From an uncultured Eubacteriales bacterium (lineage in GTDB: Bacteria > Acidobacteriota > Aminicenantia > Aminicenantales > Aminicenantaceae), in assembly GCA_964633715.1 (NCBI GenBank), contig CAZWHQ010000004.1:5354-69353 (forward strand): a stretch of 64,000 nt of DNA, given 5' to 3'. Both the position numbers and the translations under genes were made by a program. Positions 19,702 through 27,616 of the stretch are shown one piece after another (position 1 is the first letter of the stretch; each line of letters begins with the position of its first letter). The notes below the pieces were generated by a model. The model was given only the letters and a program-made list of their open reading frames with translations. It was not told the origin of the DNA and searched no databases.

Positions 19702-20055
19702 ATGCCTTTAATAAAAAACGGGAGAGATCGACGTCGATATCCGCGTTTTGAGATCCCTGTCCAGCTGCGCCCAGTTGAAATTTTTGGGAAAGAGGGACGG
19801 GTTCAAAATATTAGTACAGGAGGGATGCTCATTTATGGGACCATGAACATCGAGCTGGGCACAACTCTCAGAATTGACTTCGCTCTTCCCAGCCGTGAAT
19901 GGATTATGGCCGATGTCGAAGTGGTCTGGTCGAAAGAACGTTCCTCTCAATCCATTCTGAAATATGATATCGGTTGTCGATTTGAGGATATCCCACCTGA
20001 GTCAAAAAAAATTCTTGATGCATATTTGGCCAGATTCACTCCAAAGCTAGGCTGA
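19702..20055 (+). CDS. PilZ-domain protein (putative c-di-GMP receptor). Start chosen at MPLIKNG.
   Basis: RxxxR (RRRYPRF) and D/NxSxGG (NISTGGM) PilZ signature motifs. Confidence 0.6.
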   Translation: MPLIKNGRDRRRYPRFEIPVQLRPVEIFGKEGRVQNISTGGMLIYGTMNIELGTTLRIDFALPSREWIMADVEVVWSKERSSQSILKYDIGCRFEDIPPESKKILDAYLARFTPKLG

Positions 20056-20127
20056 AACTTTGACTTGAATCAATAGCTATCTCTGTGTATTCTACATATG
20101 GCGCAAAACTTTTATCAAGGGTATTGA

Positions 20128-20472
20128 ATGACGGAGAATAACAACGAACGCCGGAGTCATCCCAGATCGGGAAAACGTGTTCATCTTCGGCCATCATCTG
20201 TTTTTGGGCAGACCAGTTTGGTTGAGAACATCAGTTTAGGGGGGATGATGATTCAATGCCAAAAAACTTTTACGTTGGGAGAAATTCTGAAGATACAGAT
20301 GTCATTAGATAAAGAGGATTGGGCTGAAGCAAATATCCGAGTCGTATGGATCAATGAAAAAAGCTCTGATGTCTCCAATAGATTTGATATCGGCTGCGAG
20401 TTTGTCGATCTGCCTTTTGATATGCAAAATGAACTCTGGATGCTTTTAGATAAGGACACCAAGAGCCACTAA
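20128..20472 (+). CDS. PilZ-domain protein, paralog of the preceding gene.
   Basis: RRSHPRSGKR and NISLGGMMI motifs. The C-terminal half resembles the upstream paralog (VVW..E.S......DIGC.F.D.P). Confidence 0.6.
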   Translation: MTENNNERRSHPRSGKRVHLRPSSVFGQTSLVENISLGGMMIQCQKTFTLGEILKIQMSLDKEDWAEANIRVVWINEKSSDVSNRFDIGCEFVDLPFDMQNELWMLLDKDTKSH

Positions 20473-20581
20473 CCACAAAATTTATCCTTCATTTGTATTT
20501 TATCAAGTTAGTTCCTATAATTATCTTTGGGTATCAATAAAAGTTTAAAGGAATACAAAGTCGAAAATAAAGGATTTTATT

Positions 20582-20752
20582 ATGAATGAAACACAAGAAA
20601 AAATATCCTGCCACATCTGTAAAAAGGAGATTCCCAAAGCGGCAGCCCTGACTGCAGAAGGACAAGATTATGTTCTCAATTTTTGTGACATCAGCTGTTT
20701 GGATTACTGGAAAAAAGAAAATAAAGAGGATAAAGATAAAGATAAGGAATAA
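20582..20752 (+). CDS. Small 56-aa TRASH/YHS-type zinc-ribbon protein with a KD-rich tail. Not in the supplied ORF track because it is under 60 aa.
   Basis: The motif C-x2-C-x21-C-x3-C (CHIC...CDISC) matches the TRASH metal-binding domain spacing. A GGA-rich region lies upstream. The C-terminus is EDKDKDKE. Confidence 0.4.
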   Translation: MNETQEKISCHICKKEIPKAAALTAEGQDYVLNFCDISCLDYWKKENKEDKDKDKE

Positions 20753-20833
20753 AATATAGAGAGTTCTGGAGAATCTGACACCGAACTAACATTGAAAAAT
20801 TGATACTCCATTCCAAATCATACTTAAGTAGGG

Positions 20834-21043
20834 ATGTTGAATCCGAACATTCAAAATTTTATAAATTCCAAATCGATTGCTGTTGTTGGCGTGTCAAATT
20901 CCAGGAAAAAATTTGGGAACAGGCTTTACCGGGAACTCAAAGAGAAGGGTTATCGTGTTTTTCCTATCAATCCTCTTCGTGAAAAAGTTGAAGGGGACAT
21001 ATGTTTTCATTATAATCAACCTATTACTCAATTCATCTTGTAG
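20834..21043 (+). pseudogene. Truncated CoA-binding-domain protein (YccU-like), only about 65 aa of an expected 135 or so.
   Basis: N-terminal SIAVVGVSNSRKKFGNRLYRELKEKGYRVFPINP matches the CoA_binding family. The frame stops early, and no continuation appears in any frame downstream. Confidence 0.5.
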
Positions 21044-21084
21044 CATTGGGATTGCAACATTTTCCAAAACTTTTTCTAAGAATA

Positions 21085-21225
21085 AGTCGGCCACATTTAC
21101 CTTCCAGGCGAGCCGATCTCACCGCATCGGCTTCGTTGTAGCCTGTTCGCGGTACCTTAGTACAGCTTCACAGGTCACTGCCTTGCCGCACCAGCAACCT
21201 CGACTCGTGAATAATCCAGGTTAAT
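21085..21225. ncRNA. GC-rich stretch (about 55 % GC in a genome of about 43 %) with a strong hairpin (AGCCGAT-CTCACCGC-ATCGGCT). It could be a structured RNA or an element that replaced the 3' part of the CoA-binding gene. The family is undetermined.
   Basis: The composition shift, stable hairpins and absence of a plausible ORF are visible in the sequence. No SRP, tRNA or tmRNA signature motifs were found. Confidence 0.2.
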
Positions 21226-21377
21226 TTATTTATACACTCCTTTTTGGTTTTGATACAACTTTTTTTCACCTGAAATATATGAATTTGTGAATGAGACGAA
21301 CAATATAAAGAAATTTGTAGATTCTTGAGAGGAGAATTGATAGACTTTTCTTCTTCTAAAAGAAAAAGGATATTGGA

Positions 21378-22778
21378 TTGAAGATTCAATTCTTAGGGGC
21401 ATGTCAACAGGTTACAGGATCTTGTACATATATTGAAGTCGATAATCTACGACTTTTAGTCGACTGCGGTATGTTTCAAGAACGTGACCATTTAAACAAA
21501 AATTGGGATCCTTTCCCCATCCCTCCTTCCTCCATTGACTATATTCTGTTGACACACGTACACCTGGATCATGCAGGATTGATTCCCAGGATGGTTCATG
21601 CAGGTTTTAAAGCTAAAATCTTGATGACTCCACCATCTGGAGATCTTCTCCCCGTTGTTTTCCTAGATTCCGCGAAAATTCAAGAAGAAGATGCCAAATA
21701 CAAAAAGAAGCGGCATAAAAAAGAGGGGAGAAAGGGTCCATTTCCCGTCATCCCTTTGTACACAATGGAAGATGCAGAAGAATCACTCCAGCTTATCGAA
21801 GAAGTGCCCTATAAGCAGACGACTCAATTGGATCAGAATGTTTCCGTTGTCTTCCATGATGCTGGACATATCTTGGGTTCAGCCATGGTTGAATTGTTGG
21901 TTCAGTCGAAACACAAAATAATACGTATGGTCTTTTCAGGAGATATCGGTCAAAGGGATAAACCTCTTATCAAGGATCCTACGGTTTTTGATTCTGCGGA
22001 TTATGTCATTATGGAATCTACATATGGGAATCGGGACCATGAAGATTTGGGAGATGTCGATATTCAGCTTGAAAAAATTATTCTCTCTACGGTCAAGTCC
22101 GGAGGAAATATCGTTATTCCAACTTTTGCGATCGAACGTGCTCAGGAACTCCTTTATCATCTGAGCCGATTGGTCAGATCGGACCGCATCCCCTATCTCA
22201 TGATGTTTTTGGACAGCCCTATGGCACTTGATGTAACAGAAGTTTTTCTCCAAAACAAAACCCAACTTGATGATGAGACATTAAAATTGTTTAAAGATGG
22301 ACAGTCTCCATTTCGTTTTCCAGGTTTGAAATTTGTCAGATCAACTCAGGAGTCTAAGGCTATCAATCACATCCGTGGATCATGTGTCATTATGGCAGGA
22401 TCAGGAATGTGTACGGGAGGAAGAGTTAAACATCATCTTGTCAATAATATTTCACATTCGGGATCAACTATTCTTTTTGTCGGATACCAGGCTAGAGGGA
22501 CCTTGGGAAGACTCATTGTTGACGGAAAGGAGGAAGTGAGAATTCATGGCAAGACCTATAAAGTCAGAGCAAAAATCGCGGAAATCCATGGATTTTCAGC
22601 CCATGCTGACAGGAGTGGTCTCCGTGAATGGTTGGATGATCTGTCCTCTCCTCCAAAAAAGATATTTCTCGTGCATGGGGAAAAAGAAGCGGCCAAAAGC
22701 CTAAGAGATATTATCACTGAGACAAAAGGCTGGGATGTCGATATCCCTGAATATAAAAGGACTTTCCAAATCAATTAA
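21378..22778 (+). CDS. Beta-CASP family MBL-fold ribonuclease (RNase J/CPSF-like, RNA-metabolising metallo-beta-lactamase).
   Basis: HVHLDHAG motif, beta-CASP motifs (D..ESTYG; H; HGFSAHAD) and the RNA-specificity C-terminal domain. 466 aa. Confidence 0.8.
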   Translation: MKIQFLGACQQVTGSCTYIEVDNLRLLVDCGMFQERDHLNKNWDPFPIPPSSIDYILLTHVHLDHAGLIPRMVHAGFKAKILMTPPSGDLLPVVFLDSAKIQEEDAKYKKKRHKKEGRKGPFPVIPLYTMEDAEESLQLIEEVPYKQTTQLDQNVSVVFHDAGHILGSAMVELLVQSKHKIIRMVFSGDIGQRDKPLIKDPTVFDSADYVIMESTYGNRDHEDLGDVDIQLEKIILSTVKSGGNIVIPTFAIERAQELLYHLSRLVRSDRIPYLMMFLDSPMALDVTEVFLQNKTQLDDETLKLFKDGQSPFRFPGLKFVRSTQESKAINHIRGSCVIMAGSGMCTGGRVKHHLVNNISHSGSTILFVGYQARGTLGRLIVDGKEEVRIHGKTYKVRAKIAEIHGFSAHADRSGLREWLDDLSSPPKKIFLVHGEKEAAKSLRDIITETKGWDVDIPEYKRTFQIN

Positions 22779-22789
22779 AGAGGTTAAAC

Positions 22790-24328
22790 ATGAGTTTTAA
22801 AAAGGTTTTTGTCGAAGATATCCCGCGGCGGAAGTTTCTGGAGATGGGTTTAAAAGGAGGTGTGGCAGTGGCCGCAGTCCCATCGATGATGTTGAATTTA
22901 TTGTCCTGCAAGGGATCGAATCCTGAGCGGGTCCGGCTCGAGATTGACCCAGGCATGTTGAATCGGACTATCCGCAAAGCTCTGGAGAAAGGTGGAGAAT
23001 TTGCCGATGTCTATGTCGAAAACCGGATTTCAAGACAGATCCTTCTGGAAGAATCCAAATTTAAAAGTGCTGTTTTTGGGATAAGTCAGGGAGCAGGTGT
23101 CAGAGTGATTTCCGGAGATAAAACAGGATTTGCCTACACCGATGAAATTAGCGAAGAGAAACTGATAAAAGCAGCTGAAGTCGCTTCCTATGTTGCGCAA
23201 GGGACAAAATCAATAGAACCGGTTGATGTCACGGCAACTGAGAGGCCTTCCTTTATCACTGTCGAACTTCCCCTCCAGGACATTAAAGATGACAAGCGTT
23301 TGGAGATTATGCAGCGTGCCAACCAGGCCGCCCTGGACTATGATTCAAGGATCCAGATGGCTTCGATCAGTTATTATGATGAAATCAGAGGGAGAACGGT
23401 CGCCAACAGCGAGGGTCTATTGCTTTCGGATGAACTTCCTCTTCTGTTTTTCATTGTCCAAGCCATGGGTGTGGGGAACGACACGCGGCACATGGGAAGG
23501 GAAAGGTTGAGCCGTCACTCCGGATTTGAGATGTTCGATGAAGTGTCACCCGAGGAGGTGGCCAGAACGTGTGCGAGGGAGTCCATAGCGATGCTCGAAG
23601 CCAAGGATGCTCCTGCAGGAATTATGGATGTGGTCATGCAGAACGGCTGGGGAGGAGTCCTTGTTCATGAGGCTGTGGGTCATCCTCTTGAGGGAGATGG
23701 GATTGCCAGAAAAACAGGTGTGTTTACAGGAAAGCTCGGCCAGAAAGTGGCCTCTGAAAAATTCACGATGGTCGATGATGGAACTCTTCCCAACCGCAGG
23801 GGAACCACAAATTTTGATGATGAAGGAACCCCCATGCAGCGCAATGTTCTGATTAAGGACGGAGTGCTTGTGAAATACATGACCGATATCCTCTCTGCAA
23901 AACAATTAAAGATGGAGAGATCTGGAAACGGCCGCCGGGAAAGTTTTCAATACATTCCGATTCCGCGGATGACAAACACATTTATCGATAAAGGATTTGA
24001 CAATCCTGAAGATATCCTGGCTTCGACGAAAAAAGGCCTGTATGTACAGAGTTTGAGTGGAGGAAGTGTCAATTCCACGACTGGGATGTTCAATTTTACG
24101 TGCCGCGAAGCCTATTTGATCGAGAATGGCAAAAAGACGACACCGGTCAAAGGTGCCACTCTTATCGGAAGTTGTTTAGATGTCATCTCCAACATCGATG
24201 CCGTGGGGGACAATCTGGACTTTGGCCCCGGAATATGCGGAAAGGGACAAAGTGCTGAGGTTTCGGCCGGACAACCAACGGTCCGGATTCGCGGGATCAA
24301 TGTTGGCGGCAGCCGGGCCAGAGGATAG
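22790..24328 (+). CDS. tldD: TldD (U62 metalloprotease) with an N-terminal twin-arginine (Tat) signal.
   Basis: HEAVGHPLEGD zinc motif, GxC...C C-terminal region, and an N-terminal RRKFLEMGLKGGVAVAAVP Tat-like signal. Confidence 0.85.
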   Translation: MSFKKVFVEDIPRRKFLEMGLKGGVAVAAVPSMMLNLLSCKGSNPERVRLEIDPGMLNRTIRKALEKGGEFADVYVENRISRQILLEESKFKSAVFGISQGAGVRVISGDKTGFAYTDEISEEKLIKAAEVASYVAQGTKSIEPVDVTATERPSFITVELPLQDIKDDKRLEIMQRANQAALDYDSRIQMASISYYDEIRGRTVANSEGLLLSDELPLLFFIVQAMGVGNDTRHMGRERLSRHSGFEMFDEVSPEEVARTCARESIAMLEAKDAPAGIMDVVMQNGWGGVLVHEAVGHPLEGDGIARKTGVFTGKLGQKVASEKFTMVDDGTLPNRRGTTNFDDEGTPMQRNVLIKDGVLVKYMTDILSAKQLKMERSGNGRRESFQYIPIPRMTNTFIDKGFDNPEDILASTKKGLYVQSLSGGSVNSTTGMFNFTCREAYLIENGKKTTPVKGATLIGSCLDVISNIDAVGDNLDFGPGICGKGQSAEVSAGQPTVRIRGINVGGSRARG

Positions 24329-24343
24329 GAAAAGGAGAAAACC

Positions 24344-25678
24344 ATGGATTACAAAGCATTAACCGAAGAATTAGTCAATAAATGTATAAAAAAAGGCGCA
24401 GATGCAGCCGAAGTGTACTGCCAGTCCAGCAGAAACCTCAGTATTAGAATCCGTAATATGGAGATGGAAACTGTCCAGCAGGCTGAGTCTCACGGAGTGG
24501 GTATCCGTGTAATGGTGAAAGGCCGGATGGCTTTTTCCAGCTGTAACGATCTCAGTGAGGACTCTCTCGAGGAGACATTGTCGAACGCTGTGCAATTTGC
24601 CTCCAGCACAACACCGGATGAAAATAATGTTTTGCCTGACGATGAAGGAATCACAGAGGTAGAAGGCCTTTATGATCCTCAAACAAGCCAGGTTCCTCTT
24701 GAAACCAAGATCAATTTGGCCAAAGAGACAGAAAAACTGGCCATGAAGGATTCCAGGATTACAAAAAGTGGAGGGGCCAGCTATTCAGAAGGAGAAAGAC
24801 AGGTTTTTATCGCCAATTCAAACGGCCTTTCAAAAAATTATAAAACGTCGTCCTGTTCCTATGGAGTGAGTGTGGTTGCGGAAAAAGGGGATCAAAAATC
24901 TCCTGGTGGAGAGTCGTGTTCCCGCCGTTTTTATTCCGACTTAAAGAAACCCTCAGCAATTGCAGAAAAAGCTATTCAAGAAGCTGTTCAGATGCTGGAT
25001 CCAAAAATGGTCAAAACCCAGAGGGCTGCGGTTATTTTTGATCCGGATGTTGCCCGATCGATTTTGGGCGGGATACTCAGCGCAATCAACGGCGAGCGCG
25101 TTCTCCAGGAAGCCAGCTTTCTTAGAGAAAAATTGGACACAAAAATAAGCTCTGAGCTAGTTACCATTCTCGATGACGGGACCTTACCCAAGGGCCTGGG
25201 GAGCAAATGTTTCGATGGTGAGGGTGTTCCCTCTCAAAAACAGGTTTTCGTGGACAAGGGCGTTTTAAAAGGATTTATGTACAACACAATCGTGGCTAAA
25301 AGAGCGGGAGTGAAAAGCACTGGGAATGCTTCCCGGGGGGGATTCCGGAGTCTTCCCGGAATCGGTGCGCACAATTTTTACATGCTCAAGGGAGACAGTT
25401 CTCCCGATGAAATAATCCGGGCCACTCAAACAGGATTGCTTCTGAAGGGAGTCACTGGTTATGGTATCAATCCTGTCAATGGAAATTTCAGCGGAGGCGC
25501 ATCTGGTTTCTGGATTGAATACGGAAAAATCGCCTTTCCAGTAAAAGGATTGACCATAGCGGGCAAAGCAGAGGAAATGCTCACTGCAATCGATATGGTT
25601 GGAAATGACCTGGATCTTAACCGCAGTTTTACCGCCCCCACATTCCGCATCCCCGATATTCAAATCGGAGGGGAATAA
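24344..25678 (+). CDS. pmbA: PmbA/TldE (partner subunit of TldD).
   Basis: PmbA_TldD family pattern. Follows tldD with a 15-nt spacer. Confidence 0.8.
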   Translation: MDYKALTEELVNKCIKKGADAAEVYCQSSRNLSIRIRNMEMETVQQAESHGVGIRVMVKGRMAFSSCNDLSEDSLEETLSNAVQFASSTTPDENNVLPDDEGITEVEGLYDPQTSQVPLETKINLAKETEKLAMKDSRITKSGGASYSEGERQVFIANSNGLSKNYKTSSCSYGVSVVAEKGDQKSPGGESCSRRFYSDLKKPSAIAEKAIQEAVQMLDPKMVKTQRAAVIFDPDVARSILGGILSAINGERVLQEASFLREKLDTKISSELVTILDDGTLPKGLGSKCFDGEGVPSQKQVFVDKGVLKGFMYNTIVAKRAGVKSTGNASRGGFRSLPGIGAHNFYMLKGDSSPDEIIRATQTGLLLKGVTGYGINPVNGNFSGGASGFWIEYGKIAFPVKGLTIAGKAEEMLTAIDMVGNDLDLNRSFTAPTFRIPDIQIGGE

Positions 25679-25831
25679 AAAAAGTAAACTGGCAACTTTC
25701 TTTTATTAGAAATAAGTCGGATGGAACCCTTACGTGTTCTGCCCCTACCGCATTAAGAATGCGAGCAGTGACAGAGACACGACGTCCATCCTCCTCTATT
25801 AAGGATCAGAAGAAAGCAGCCAGTCTACTTT

Positions 25832-27616
25832 TTATTTGAGCGTAGCCGTAGTTTTATAGGTGCCTCCCTTGAGTGAATCATAGATCAGTTCAATCTCGCC
25901 TTTCCCTTTGACGAGAAGCCTCAGATTGGTAGTTCCAAAACTGGGCACACCAGATGTTATCCAGATACTGTCATCTTTTGTGTCGACCTTCTGGGTGATC
26001 TCTCGATACTTATCTGTCAAAAAGCCGGCAGCTCTAAGTCTGGCCGTTCCATCAATTTTAAACCGGTCTGCACGGTGAATTTTTTTCTGTACAGCCAATG
26101 AAGATATGGTTGGTGTGACCCGAGTGTTGGTGATGGCCACATCGATTTGGTAGAGATCTTTATTGATCTTGTTGACCTGAACATCCGTGAATTTCAAGCG
26201 GGGAAGCTGGTCGGCATGATAAAAAACGAAGGCTGCATTGCGATGGCATGTATCCGGAAGCTGGAAAAGGGGAGGCACACGGGCGCCGAATTTGGTCTGG
26301 CCTCCTATCTCAATCTCTCCGTATAAGGGATGAGTGTAGGGTGTCCAGTCTCTGTAGTGTTCGCCGAGAAGGGTCAGATCGTGGTACTCCATTTGATTGA
26401 GTTGATCAAGAATGGCGCGCATCCTGATCATTTCAGGATCCTGCTCCAGTTGTTCCTCCTGTTCATCTCCAATTGGGTAAACGAATGTCGGGGACATATC
26501 CAGCTCGTTGCTGAAAGCAAAGGCCCCAAGGACATTGACAAAAAAATCGACACTCCCTCCATAAACGGTGTACAGATCTTTGTAGATGATGATGTACCTG
26601 TAGCCTGGGAGAATTTTTTCTCCCTTATTCCCGATATAATCGTAGACGGATCTGTCTCCTATAGGGAGATCACCCATATTTTTAGCTCCAGGAGGACGAA
26701 GAATCATCCCTCCTGAGTTATGAAAATCTTGAGCCCCATAAATGTTGGGGTTTTCCAGGAGAAAATCTCTTGTGGCGATTGTTTCTGGAAAACAAAACGG
26801 ATAATTACCGGCACCCTGCTGTACATAATTTGGCTGCCAGTTAAAACCATAGTTTCTGTTCATGTCATAACCGCCTAAGCCGTCTTCATTAATCCGGCCA
26901 TCACCGTCATTATCGATCCCTTCCTGTCCAAGCATTGAGTAATCACCTTTCTCTCCTGGGCCGACGGGTACAAGAATTCTGGAATCTTCGGGATGAAGTC
27001 TGTACATCCCATCCGGATCCTTTTTTCTCATCTGAGTGATGAATCCGTCTCCATTTAGATCTTCAGCGGGATCTTCATCCGCAACTCCGTCTCTGTCCTC
27101 ATCCAGAGGAATGAGGCCCGTCCGATAATAGTCTTCCTTGTTGATAAAGTATTCTCTTGCATCGGGATTCATGGTGGGGATGATATAAAAAGCCTTTTCA
27201 TTGAGAAGGCGTGTGGCGAGATCTGTTTTTCCATAATTTTCCAGAAGATACCAAATGGCATAGAGTGCCACTTCCGTTCCCTGGATTTCATTTCCATGGA
27301 TGTTGCCATTGATGTAGTAACCAGGTTTGTGCTCTGCAGGTCCTGTTGCAGTGTTATTGAGGATTACTGCCCATATATCACGGCCCTGATAAGTTTTTCC
27401 AAGAGATTTCACTTCCAAAAACTCTGGATAAGCGTCTTCAAGAGCTTTTAGAGTTTCACTGAGTTCGGCATTATCATAAAAATGGTCAAAGGAAAGCTGG
27501 ACTTTTGCGGCCTGTAGCTGCTGGGGATAAAACAATCCTATTGAGAAAACCAAAACCAAAAGTGAAACTGCGACGTTTGTTTTTTTCATCTTTTCCCTCC
27601 TTCTATTGAAGAACAA
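25832..27616 (-). CDS. M14-family zinc carboxypeptidase, secreted, with a C-terminal extension domain.
   Basis: Signal peptide; HxxE zinc motif (NIHGNE); third zinc ligand His in DFHNSGG; 594 aa. Confidence 0.8.
   Translation of the reverse strand: MFFNRRREKMKKTNVAVSLLVLVFSIGLFYPQQLQAAKVQLSFDHFYDNAELSETLKALEDAYPEFLEVKSLGKTYQGRDIWAVILNNTATGPAEHKPGYYINGNIHGNEIQGTEVALYAIWYLLENYGKTDLATRLLNEKAFYIIPTMNPDAREYFINKEDYYRTGLIPLDEDRDGVADEDPAEDLNGDGFITQMRKKDPDGMYRLHPEDSRILVPVGPGEKGDYSMLGQEGIDNDGDGRINEDGLGGYDMNRNYGFNWQPNYVQQGAGNYPFCFPETIATRDFLLENPNIYGAQDFHNSGGMILRPPGAKNMGDLPIGDRSVYDYIGNKGEKILPGYRYIIIYKDLYTVYGGSVDFFVNVLGAFAFSNELDMSPTFVYPIGDEQEEQLEQDPEMIRMRAILDQLNQMEYHDLTLLGEHYRDWTPYTHPLYGEIEIGGQTKFGARVPPLFQLPDTCHRNAAFVFYHADQLPRLKFTDVQVNKINKDLYQIDVAITNTRVTPTISSLAVQKKIHRADRFKIDGTARLRAAGFLTDKYREITQKVDTKDDSIWITSGVPSFGTTNLRLLVKGKGEIELIYDSLKGGTYKTTATLK

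Noticed and set aside
21085-21225. Possibility that the GC-rich element is SRP (4.5S) RNA or a tRNA.
   Set aside because: I looked for the conserved SRP helix-8 motif (GGAAGGAAGCAGC / AGCAGCCAAGGCAG). There is only a partial CAAGGCAG-UGAC match and no GNAR/AGCAG loop context. There is no GTTCGAATC-like T-loop or cloverleaf. It is kept only as an unclassified candidate.
20877-21389. ORFs 20877-21224 (+), 20894-21094 (-) and 21168-21389 (-).
   Set aside because: Low-complexity translations with no motifs. They overlap the CoA-binding fragment or the GC-rich element and the AT-rich promoter region of the beta-CASP gene.
25679-25831. The convergent intergenic region between pmbA and the M14 gene, with a GGATGGA ... 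TCCATCC inverted repeat and a GCATT-AAG-AATGC mini-hairpin.
   Set aside because: It could be a terminator or small RNA, but the stems are short or enclose very large loops and there is no T-run. The evidence is insufficient.
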